Shown: positions 21,464 through 29,486 of the stretch, in pieces
How positions within the stretch are numbered: position 1 is the stretch's first letter
Layout: each line of letters begins with the position of its first letter
Assembly (NCBI GenBank): GCA_963822575.1
Contig: CAWGHZ010000002.1
Coordinates: 327,115-391,114 of the forward strand
Source of the DNA: an uncultured Alphaproteobacteria bacterium
Lineage (GTDB): Bacteria > Pseudomonadota > Alphaproteobacteria > MPNO01 > DASWLB01
DNA: 64,000 nucleotides
Direction: 5' to 3'
Made by a program: the position numbers and the translations under genes
The notes under the pieces: model-generated
What the model was told of the DNA's origin: nothing
Seen by the model: the letters and a program-made list of their open reading frames with translations, nothing else
Databases searched by the model: none

Positions 21464-22453
21464 GTGGCGGAGAACGATCCGGCGGCGCCCGCGCCCGCGC
21501 CCGTGGCGCACGGCATCGCACTCGCGGCCGGTATGCTCACGCTTTCGGCCCTGTTCTGGGCGGGAAGCGCGGTTACCGGCCGGATGGCCGCGGGCGCGAT
21601 CCCGCCGGTCGCGCTGTCGTTCTGGCGCTGGGTGCTGGCCTTCGCTTTGTTCGCGGCTCTCGGCGCGCCCGCCTTTTGGCGCGAGCGGCGCGCCATCGCC
21701 GCCGCGTGGCGGCCGCTCCTGATCCTGTCGCTCACCGGAATCGCCGGCTTCTCCATCCTGTTCTTCGAGGGGCTGCAATATTCGACCGCGATCAACGCGT
21801 CCCTGTTCGACGCGCTCGGGCCGATGCTGACGCTGGCGCTCGCTTCCGTTGTGCTGCGCACCCCCGCCACGCTCAGCGAGATCGCGGGCGTCGTGCTGGG
21901 CATCGCGGGGGCGGCGACCATCATCTTCCGCGGGCGCGTCGGGGCGTTGCTCGCGCTGCAGGTGAATGTCGGCGACGTGTTCCTGGTCGCCGCGATGGCG
22001 GTCTGGGCTGTCTACACAGTCGCGCTCCGGCGTTATCCGGTCCGGCTCGATTCGCGCGTGGTGATGGCCGTGCTGTCCGGCGTCGGCTGCGTGATCCTCT
22101 TGCCGCTCTATTTACGGGAGCTCGCGCAGGGGCAGAATTTCGCCCTGACCGCGGAGAATATCGGGATCATCGTCTATGCCGGCATCTTTGCCTCGGCGCT
22201 CGCCTATTTGTGCTGGAACAGGGGCGTTGCCGTGGTCGGCCCCGCCAAAGCGGCGCTCGCGCAGTACCTCGTGCCGGTCTTCGGCGTCGTGCTCGCCATC
22301 GTCACGCTGGGCGAGAGGCTGGAATGGTTCCACGTGGCGGGGATGGCGCTGATCTTTGGTGGGATCGGCATGGCGACGATCCCCCGGCGCAACCGTTCCC
22401 GGTCGGGAAACGGAGCGGCGAAGGTCGAAGGACGGCAAAACCCATTGTCGTGA
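21464..22453 (+). CDS. EamA/DMT-superfamily transporter (10 predicted TM helices); start uncertain (GTG 21464 or ATG 21533)
   Basis: Two internally similar hydrophobic halves typical of EamA domains. It lies downstream of the MetE-like paralog. Confidence 0.65.
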   Translation: MAENDPAAPAPAPVAHGIALAAGMLTLSALFWAGSAVTGRMAAGAIPPVALSFWRWVLAFALFAALGAPAFWRERRAIAAAWRPLLILSLTGIAGFSILFFEGLQYSTAINASLFDALGPMLTLALASVVLRTPATLSEIAGVVLGIAGAATIIFRGRVGALLALQVNVGDVFLVAAMAVWAVYTVALRRYPVRLDSRVVMAVLSGVGCVILLPLYLRELAQGQNFALTAENIGIIVYAGIFASALAYLCWNRGVAVVGPAKAALAQYLVPVFGVVLAIVTLGERLEWFHVAGMALIFGGIGMATIPRRNRSRSGNGAAKVEGRQNPLS

Positions 22454-22523
22454 AGGCCGCGCGCACGGCGTGTTCGGCCGCGCGGGCGCATGCGATAGTC
22501 GCGCCTCCACAGGAGGAGCCACC

Positions 22524-23528
22524 ATGTTTTCCAGGAGAACGGCCGCCCTTGCGGTGGCCCTTGTCGCATGCGCGTTCGCCGCCACCCCCGCGCGCGCGGC
22601 GATGGAGAAGACCTCCATCGCCATGCCGGTGATCAGCGTCACCTTCGCCCCTGTCTATGTCGCGCTCGACAAGGGGATGTGGAAGGCGCACGACCTCGAC
22701 GTCACCCTGCATGACATTTCGGGCCTCGGCGCGACCAACGCCATGCTGGCCGGCAGCGTCGATTTCGCCGTCGCGTCCGGCCCGACGCTCATCCGGGCCA
22801 ACATCCGCGGCCAGAAGATCCTGGGGCTCGGGCTGATCGCCAACGGGCTCGCCTTCGACGTGATGATGAGCCGGAAGGCCGCAGAGGCGGCGCACCTCGC
22901 GCCCGAGATGACGCTCGCCGACCGGGTGAAGGCGCTGAAGGGCGCGAAGGTCTCGGTCGACGCGCCGAACACCATCGTCCAGGCCTTCCTGCGCTATGTC
23001 GCGCGCAAGGGCGGCGTGGATCCGGAGCGCGATTTCGTGACCACTCCGATGGCGCCGCCGGCGGCGCTCGCCGCGCTCGGCGCGGGCGCAACGCAGGCCG
23101 CCACCTTCACCTCGCCCTGGCAGTTCATCTCGATGTCGCGCGGCGATTTCAACCTGGCGAGCGGCGTGACCGACGTGCCCGAGCTTCTGCCCTTCGCGTC
23201 GACGGTCACGATCACCCGGCCCGTCGTGTGCGAGAAGAAGCCGACGATCTGCCGGAAGCTGATGGCGGGCTATATCGAGGCGCACAAATACGTGCACGAC
23301 CACCCGGCCGAGACGCTGGCGGTGCTGCAGGCGCGCATGCCGCGCTCCAACCCCGCCGAGCTCAAGCAGGCCTACGAGCGGATGGCGCGCACGACGCCGA
23401 TGACGCCCGAATTCTCGACCGAAGGGCTGATGCACGCGCAGGAGCTGATGGTGACGGGCGGCATGATCAAGCCCGCGGAGAAGCTCGTCTCGTTCGATGC
23501 CATCTACACGAACAAGTTTTTGAAGTAG
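22524..23528 (+). CDS. ABC-transporter periplasmic substrate-binding protein, NMT1/SsuA/TauA-like, 334 aa, with signal peptide
   Basis: AGGAGGA RBS upstream. N-terminal signal peptide (AALAVALVACAFAATPARA) followed by an NMT1-like fold. No cognate permease or ATPase is adjacent. Confidence 0.65.
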   Translation: MFSRRTAALAVALVACAFAATPARAAMEKTSIAMPVISVTFAPVYVALDKGMWKAHDLDVTLHDISGLGATNAMLAGSVDFAVASGPTLIRANIRGQKILGLGLIANGLAFDVMMSRKAAEAAHLAPEMTLADRVKALKGAKVSVDAPNTIVQAFLRYVARKGGVDPERDFVTTPMAPPAALAALGAGATQAATFTSPWQFISMSRGDFNLASGVTDVPELLPFASTVTITRPVVCEKKPTICRKLMAGYIEAHKYVHDHPAETLAVLQARMPRSNPAELKQAYERMARTTPMTPEFSTEGLMHAQELMVTGGMIKPAEKLVSFDAIYTNKFLK

Positions 23529-23532
23529 GCGT

Positions 23533-23569
23533 AGAAAAAGTGGGCGCCAAGCCGGTTCAGGCGCCCACT
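23533..23569 (-). terminator. Rho-independent terminator for the minus-strand transcript (10-bp perfect stem, 11-nt loop, then TTTTTCT)
   Basis: The minus strand reads agtgggcgcc-tgaaccggctt-ggcgcccact-TTTTTCTAC. It lies just downstream of the fused dehydrogenase ORF and inside the low-GC island. Confidence 0.5.
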
Positions 23570-23780
23570 CCCTCGCTTAAGCGTTCATTGTACTCACGCA
23601 ACCGAGCCCCAATTTCGTCGGGCAGATCGTTCATCTTGAAATAGGTGGCGGTTGGCGTCGCAGCCCAAAGGAACGACAGGCAAGCTGCATCTAACGTGTC
23701 GCGCAAATTAGAAGTATCGCGCTCTCCACTTATCCCTACTACGCTGCCGTCAATGATTTTGGCGTGCCGATTTAAAGCGT

Positions 23781-25229
23781 TTACGCTACGTGCGCGCCAT
23801 CTCCAGAAAGATAACGAAACAACAAGGTGTACAGCTGTTTATATTGGTTCATTGCAAGTCGCTCGAAATTTATACGATTGAGTTTCCCTCCCGCTTGGCT
23901 AATATTTCTGGCGACCTCCTCTAGAAGCCGAATTGTTTCCTTCGGGAAGGCGGCCTTTAGCTCCCGGTCGTTGAGAACGGCATTGGCAGCCTTAAGCTTG
24001 TGCGCTTGATCATCTTCAACCAAGGCATCTATAAACTTTTCATCCGAAGTGGCGGCACCCAGTGCTATCGCGCTTTCGACGCAAAGGCGCGAAATCGCCC
24101 GAGCCTCTCCAACGAATGCCTGTTCCAGCAGCAAGATTGTCGCTTCTAGAGCGCTCAGGGCATGCATAAACAACAGCTGTATCAAAAAGGATCGGCGATC
24201 TGGCTCTATTGGGAACCTTGCTACCATTGTATGCCCTAGGTGCACAAAGCTATCGGCGAAGCCGAACCAACGCGCAAATTGCGCATCTGCTCGCGGCTGC
24301 GGAGTTGTTGCGCCTGCACGCTCCTTCGCCCGGGAGCGGGCGAGCTGGACGAGCTGGTCGTTGACGCGCTTGCGCACCGCGGCGGCGGTCTCGGGGGTCC
24401 ATTCGTAGAACCCCTTGCCCGTGGACATGCCGAGCTCGCCCTTCTCGACCATTTCGACCAGCAGCGGGCTCGGCTCGGTCGAGCGGTCGAGCGCCGGGCA
24501 CATGGTGCGCTGGACATCGAGCGTGATGTTGACGCCGATCAGGTCGGACTGCTCCATCGGGCCGAGGATGCCGAGGCGCGCGCCGAACCCGTCCTTCACC
24601 ACGATGTCGAGCGTCTCGGCGTCGCAGATGCCAGCGGCGACGATGGCGATGGCCTCGCGCTTCATCGCATGTTGCAGCCGGTTGCCGATGAAGCCCGGCA
24701 CGTCGCGCTTCACGTGCACCGGCGACTTGCCGCAGGCGGCGAGCATCGCGATGGTCTTCTCGACGGTCGCAAGCGACGTGCGCTCGGCCTGCACCACCTC
24801 GACCAGCGGGATCAGATGCGGCGGGTTCCAGAAATGCGTGCCCACCACGCGGTCGGCCGTCGCCACCTTCTCGCCGATCCGGGTGATCGGGAGCGCCGAG
24901 GTGTTTGATGCGAGGATGCAGTCGCGCTTCGTCGTCTTCTCCAGCCGAGCGAAGATCTCCTGCTTCAGCGGCAGCTTCTCGGGTGCCGCTTCGATCACCA
25001 TGTCGGCGTCGCCGACGGCCTTGTCGAAGTCGGGTTCCAAGGTGACGTTGGCCGCGCCCGCCGGGTCCTGCCCCAACAGCGCGAAGATCGCACGAATGCG
25101 CTCCGGCGCGGTCTTCAGCACATCCGCGCCGGTGTCGTAGAGCGCGACCTTGTGGCCGCCGGCCGCGAAGATCTGCGCGATGCCGTGGCCCATCAGCCCC
25201 GCGCCGAGAACGGCGATGCGTTCGTTCAT
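23781..25229 (-). CDS. 3-hydroxyacyl-CoA (3-hydroxybutyryl-CoA) dehydrogenase family protein fused to a 165-aa C-terminal helical extension encoded by a low-GC (~49%) island
   Basis: N-terminal Rossmann motif VLGAGLMGHGIAQ and an HBD C-terminal domain through ~residue 317. The ORF then continues another 165 aa (FARWFGFADSFVHLGHTMVARFPIEPD...LSGDGAHVA). GC drops sharply exactly at ~24280-24300. Confidence 0.7.
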   Translation of the reverse strand: MNERIAVLGAGLMGHGIAQIFAAGGHKVALYDTGADVLKTAPERIRAIFALLGQDPAGAANVTLEPDFDKAVGDADMVIEAAPEKLPLKQEIFARLEKTTKRDCILASNTSALPITRIGEKVATADRVVGTHFWNPPHLIPLVEVVQAERTSLATVEKTIAMLAACGKSPVHVKRDVPGFIGNRLQHAMKREAIAIVAAGICDAETLDIVVKDGFGARLGILGPMEQSDLIGVNITLDVQRTMCPALDRSTEPSPLLVEMVEKGELGMSTGKGFYEWTPETAAAVRKRVNDQLVQLARSRAKERAGATTPQPRADAQFARWFGFADSFVHLGHTMVARFPIEPDRRSFLIQLLFMHALSALEATILLLEQAFVGEARAISRLCVESAIALGAATSDEKFIDALVEDDQAHKLKAANAVLNDRELKAAFPKETIRLLEEVARNISQAGGKLNRINFERLAMNQYKQLYTLLFRYLSGDGAHVA

Positions 25230-25238
25230 CGGTGCGGC

Positions 25239-26066
25239 CTATCCCGCGGTGAAGCCGCCGTCGACGTAGAGCACCTGGCCGGTGGTGAAGTTCGATGCGG
25301 GCGACAGGAGGTAGAGGAGAATCCCCACGAAATCCTCCGGCTCACCGAGCCGGCCGGCCGGGATGCGCGCGAGCGAGCGCGCCTTGGTCGCCTGGCCCAG
25401 CTCGTCGTCGCCGTACATCCAGGCGGTGAGCTTGGAGCGGAACACGGTGGGCGCGATGGCGTTGGCCTGGATGTTGTGCTTCGCGAGCTCGGTGGCGAGC
25501 ACGTGGGTCAGCCCGTCGATCCCGCCTTTGGAGATGCAGTAGGCGGTGTAGCCCGAGATGTTGCCGTGCCGGCCGCGCACCGACGACATCAGCGCGATCT
25601 TGCCGCCGCGCTTCTGCTCGATGGCGCGCCGTGCGTACTCGCGGCATATCAGCCATGTCTGGCGGAGGTTCGCGTCGATCACGTCCTCCCAGTCGGACTG
25701 CGGCATCTCATGGATGAAGCCGGCCTTGTTGTAGCCCGACGCGACGAACAGGCCGTCGACGCCATTATGGCTGTTGCAGGCGAGGTCCATGATCTGCTTG
25801 CAGTCGGCCTCGGTCTTGGGCCTGAGGTTGGCGACGGCGACCTTGCCCTTCTTGAGGCTCTTGATCTCGTCGGCGAGCGCGGCGAGCTCGTCCTTGTTGC
25901 CTCCGGCGACGGTGACGTTGGCGCCCATCGCCGCGCAGACGATCGCGCAAGCGCGCCCGATCGCGCCGGTCGCGCCGGTCACCACGATCGAACGGTCCTT
26001 GATGTTGAAGACGCTGAGCGGGTTGGTGAACGCCTCGGGCAGCGCGGCTTTCGCTTCGGTCGCCAT
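25239..26066 (-). CDS. SDR-family short-chain dehydrogenase/reductase, 275 aa
   Basis: TGATGAIG cofactor motif, NSHNG and the YxxxK catalytic motif (YTAYCISKGG). Confidence 0.85.
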   Translation of the reverse strand: MATEAKAALPEAFTNPLSVFNIKDRSIVVTGATGAIGRACAIVCAAMGANVTVAGGNKDELAALADEIKSLKKGKVAVANLRPKTEADCKQIMDLACNSHNGVDGLFVASGYNKAGFIHEMPQSDWEDVIDANLRQTWLICREYARRAIEQKRGGKIALMSSVRGRHGNISGYTAYCISKGGIDGLTHVLATELAKHNIQANAIAPTVFRSKLTAWMYGDDELGQATKARSLARIPAGRLGEPEDFVGILLYLLSPASNFTTGQVLYVDGGFTAG

Positions 26067-26067
26067 G

Positions 26068-26409
26068 TCATTTCTCCGGCGCGGGCATGACGACCAGCAT
26101 GGTCGCCACCCGGTTGGTTCTGTTCACGATCTGGCGCTCCTCGCCGGGCGGGATGTGGCAGGAATCGAGCGGGCCGAGCACGGTGTCCTTGCCCGCGATC
26201 GTCACCGTCACTTCGCCGTCGATGACGACGTAGACGCGCTCCAGGGGCGATGCGCTGTTCTCCGCGCCGCCGCCCGGCAGGAAGTAGGAGAGCCCGACCG
26301 TCACCTTCTTGGTCGGCGACGCCTCCAGCCCCTGCAGGCGGAGCGCCGTCATGTCCCAGTGGCGCGCCGCCTCGTAGGGCTTGGCGCCGGCGATGCGGGT
26401 GACGTCCAT
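26068..26409 (-). CDS. Small cupin-domain protein, 113 aa
   Basis: Intact ORF abutting neighbours on both sides (operonic). Cupin-like GxxxHxH...E/P...G pattern. Confidence 0.55.
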   Translation of the reverse strand: MDVTRIAGAKPYEAARHWDMTALRLQGLEASPTKKVTVGLSYFLPGGGAENSASPLERVYVVIDGEVTVTIAGKDTVLGPLDSCHIPPGEERQIVNRTNRVATMLVVMPAPEK

Positions 26410-26410
26410 C

Positions 26411-27292
26411 TCAGCTCTCCCCGGTCTCGATGCGGTACTTGCCCTTCGGGTCGACGATCGCGACCACGCGCACGCCGCACCCCTCGCCCTCCGGCCAGTT
26501 CCACGGGAACGCCATGAAGGTGCAGCGCTTGCCGGTCACCTTGTCGATCTCGCCGCCGATGTTCTCGATGCCGGGGATGCCGTTGGTCATCATGATCTTG
26601 TGCGCCGGCTCCCACAGCGGGAAGTCGTCGGCGATGTGGCGCCTGGTCATCGCGTAGTACTCGGCGTCGAGGTGCGGCTGCGCCGGACCGGGCCCGTGCG
26701 GGCCCAGGAACGTGCCGAGCGGGTGGTCGAGCGCCTGCACGTCGACGCCGACGAGCTTCACCTTGTGCGCGACGATCCACTCCGCCGCGTCCTTGTACAG
26801 CCCGGGCGAGTAGGCGAAGTAGTCCGGGTTGTCGCCCCACTTGCGGTGCGAGCCGGTGTTGATCATCACGATGTCGTTGGGCTGGATCTTCGGCCGCGCC
26901 CTCTCCAGATCGTCGGCCGTGATGACGCCCCACTTACCCTTGGGGATCGACACCGCGACGCCGGTGCCGAAGAAGCGCCACATGTCGTACTGGGTGATGG
27001 TCGGCTGGTTCTCCAGCACGTGGATCGGCGCGTCCATGTGCGTGCCGCGGTGCATGATGCCCTCGAACTGCTGCACGAAGACGCCGTCCTTGGCGTGGAA
27101 CATCAGCGTCTTGGTCGCCAGGTTCGAGCGCGACGGCCATTGCGGCATGCCGTGGCCCCAGCGGTGCGACAGCTCGTAGAACTCGAGATCGGCGGTGGAG
27201 GAGGGCGCGCGGCCGGCGCGGGCGGCGGGCCGGCTCGCCTGCAGCGCGCGGGCGCGCGCGGGCTTCTTCTTCGCGGTCTTGGTGACGGCCAT
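26411..27292 (-). CDS. Putative cyclase/arylformamidase-family protein (kynurenine formamidase KynB-like), paralog A, ~293 aa
   Basis: Family signature HRGTHMDAPIH (HxGTHxDAPxH). The true ATG at 27292 was chosen over the upstream Arg-rich out-of-frame readthrough. Confidence 0.7.
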   Translation of the reverse strand: MAVTKTAKKKPARARALQASRPAARAGRAPSSTADLEFYELSHRWGHGMPQWPSRSNLATKTLMFHAKDGVFVQQFEGIMHRGTHMDAPIHVLENQPTITQYDMWRFFGTGVAVSIPKGKWGVITADDLERARPKIQPNDIVMINTGSHRKWGDNPDYFAYSPGLYKDAAEWIVAHKVKLVGVDVQALDHPLGTFLGPHGPGPAQPHLDAEYYAMTRRHIADDFPLWEPAHKIMMTNGIPGIENIGGEIDKVTGKRCTFMAFPWNWPEGEGCGVRVVAIVDPKGKYRIETGES

Positions 27293-27294
27293 GA

Positions 27295-28104
27295 CTATCT
27301 CCGCTTGCCGGTTTCGACGCGGTACTCGCCCGAGGGGTCGCAGATCGCGACCAGCCGGACCACGCAGGCGTCGCCCTCGAACCAGCGCCACGGGTAGGCG
27401 TGGAAGGTCAGGCGCTTGCCCGTCACCTCGTCCACGTCGCCCCCGACGTTCTCGATGGTGGGGATGCCGGCCGCCAGCAGCGTCTTGTGCGCGACGTTCC
27501 ACTCCGGGAAGTCCTTCAGCGCGTCGCGCCCGGTGGCCTTCTTGTATTCGGGCGCGATCTTCTTGATTTGCGGCCCGTTGCGGTGCGGCCCGAACGAGGT
27601 GGCGAGCGGATGGTCGATCTCGGCCGTGTCGACGCCCACCAGCTTGACCTTGCGCTTGACCAGCCATTCGGCCGCGTCCTTGGTCATGCCCGGCGCGTAG
27701 CCGAAATATTCCTGGCTGTCCGAGTATTTGTGATGCCAGCCGGTATTGATCAGCACGATGTCGCCCGGCCGGATCGCGGGCTTCGCCGCCTGCAGGTCCT
27801 TTGCGGTGATCTTCTCCCACTTGCCCTTGGGCAGGTCGACCACGACGCCCGAGCCGAAGAACCGCTCGGCCGCCAATTCGCCGATGCCCTGGGCCATCGG
27901 CACCAGGTGGATCGGCGCGTTGGCATGGGTCGAGCAGTGGAAGATGGTGACCACCTTGGACGTCATCACGCCGTGCTTGGCGTGATAGGTGAACCGCTCG
28001 ATCTTGACGTCCTCGTAGCCGGGATAGGTCGGGATGTTGTAGCCCCAGGGCTGGCTGAGGTCATAGAACTCGAGCCCGGTGCCGGGCTCGATGATCGCTG
28101 GCAT
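27295..28104 (-). CDS. Putative cyclase/arylformamidase-family protein, paralog B, ~269 aa
   Basis: Motif HCSTHANAPIH. Overall similarity to the 26411..27292 paralog (FYDLSQPWGYNIP / FYELSHRWGHGMP). Confidence 0.7.
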   Translation of the reverse strand: MPAIIEPGTGLEFYDLSQPWGYNIPTYPGYEDVKIERFTYHAKHGVMTSKVVTIFHCSTHANAPIHLVPMAQGIGELAAERFFGSGVVVDLPKGKWEKITAKDLQAAKPAIRPGDIVLINTGWHHKYSDSQEYFGYAPGMTKDAAEWLVKRKVKLVGVDTAEIDHPLATSFGPHRNGPQIKKIAPEYKKATGRDALKDFPEWNVAHKTLLAAGIPTIENVGGDVDEVTGKRLTFHAYPWRWFEGDACVVRLVAICDPSGEYRVETGKRR

Positions 28105-28228
28105 GTTGCGTTCCTGATTGGCTGATTTGCGCTTAGGTAACTGCCCGTGCCAAATCTCGTCAAGGGAAACGTCCCGAAGTTGCCGTGCCGGGGCGCGAGT
28201 GCTAGACGAAAGCGACGCGGGAGGGACG

Positions 28229-29428
28229 ATGGCGACGGCAGGAAGCGACACCTCAGTGCAGCTCAAGGCGGAGGATTACATCGCCCGCGCGAAGGCGCTG
28301 GCGCCGGCGCTGCGCGCCCGGTCGGAGGCGACCAACGCCGCCCGGCGCGTCCCGGCGGAGACCATCGCCGAGCTGAAGGACGCGGGCCTGTTCACCCTTC
28401 TGCAGCCGAAGCGCTATGGCGGCAGCGAGATGGGCCTCGTGCCTTTCCTCGACTGCGTCACCGCGCTTGCCGCGGGGTGCGGCTCGGCCGGCTGGGTATT
28501 CTCGGTGGTGTCGATCCACCAGTTCCATCTCGGCCTGTTCCCGCGCGCGGCGCAGGACGACGTGTGGGGCGCCGACCCGCGCGCCCTCCTGGGGTCGAGC
28601 TACATGCCGGGCGGGCGCGCCACCCCCGCGCCGGGCGGCTATCGGCTCACCGGCAAGTGGAAATTCTCGTCCGGCTGCCACAACGCCGACTGGTTCATCG
28701 TCGGTGGGCTGGTCGAAGGCGCGGAGGGCAAGCCGCTGGCGCCATGGTACTTCCTGCTGCCGAAATCGGACGTCGCGATCGTCGACAACTGGGACACGAT
28801 CGGGCTATCCGGGACCGGCTCCAACGACCTCGCCATCCACGACGCATTCGTGCCGGCGCACCGCGTGCTTCTGATGCAGGAGGCGTACGACGGCGTCTCG
28901 CCGGGGTCCCAGGTCAACGACTATGCGCTCTACCGCATCCCGATGATGTCGGTCTTCCCGCTTTGCCTGTCCGCGCCGGGCGTCGGCGTCGCCAAGGGCG
29001 CGATCGAAAGCTACGTCGCCCTGATGGAAAGCTTCACCACACGCGGGCGCGGCCAGACGGTCGCCGACTTCCCCACCAGTCAGATGCGCCTTGCCGACGC
29101 GTCGGCCCTAGTCGAGTCCGCTGAACTCCTGCTGCAGCGCGACGTACGCGACACGATGGAGACGGCGATCGCCGGGCGCACGCTCACGATGCAACAGCGC
29201 GTGCGCAACCGGCGCGACCACGCCTTCGCCGCGGACCAGGCGATGCGCGCCGTCGACCTTCTGTTCAAGATGACCGGCGGGGGCGGGCTGCACAATGGCG
29301 ACCCGCTGCAGCGCGCGTTCCGCGACGCGCACGCCATCGCCCACCACATCGCCAACAACTGGGACATTGCCGGCCAGCTCTACGGAGCGGTGATGCTCGG
29401 CCGCCCGCCTCCGTCGCCCACTTACTGA
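28229..29428 (+). CDS. Acyl-CoA-dehydrogenase-fold flavin-dependent monooxygenase (group D; HsaA/HpaB-C2/DszC/SfnB-like), 399 aa
   Basis: RBS GGGAGGGA upstream. ACAD-like N, middle and C domains without the ACAD catalytic Glu context. Typical of two-component flavin monooxygenase oxygenase subunits. Confidence 0.65.
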   Translation: MATAGSDTSVQLKAEDYIARAKALAPALRARSEATNAARRVPAETIAELKDAGLFTLLQPKRYGGSEMGLVPFLDCVTALAAGCGSAGWVFSVVSIHQFHLGLFPRAAQDDVWGADPRALLGSSYMPGGRATPAPGGYRLTGKWKFSSGCHNADWFIVGGLVEGAEGKPLAPWYFLLPKSDVAIVDNWDTIGLSGTGSNDLAIHDAFVPAHRVLLMQEAYDGVSPGSQVNDYALYRIPMMSVFPLCLSAPGVGVAKGAIESYVALMESFTTRGRGQTVADFPTSQMRLADASALVESAELLLQRDVRDTMETAIAGRTLTMQQRVRNRRDHAFAADQAMRAVDLLFKMTGGGGLHNGDPLQRAFRDAHAIAHHIANNWDIAGQLYGAVMLGRPPPSPTY

Positions 29429-29486
29429 AGCATTTTCCGCTTGCGCGGGATCGCGCCAGCCCCGCCTGATCGAAAAACGCCCTTGG

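Noticed and set aside
23557-23637. 26-codon minus-strand mini-ORF (MNDLPDEIGARLREYNERLSEGVGA) just upstream of the island terminator
   Set aside because: No RBS and it is too short to support. It is more likely untranslated 3' region preceding the terminator hairpin.
23645-24408. Plus-strand ORFs (78, 60 and 119 aa) inside the low-GC island
   Set aside because: Their translations are Ser/Arg/Cys-rich and non-protein-like. The minus-strand frame through the island has protein-like composition and is continuous with the dehydrogenase gene.
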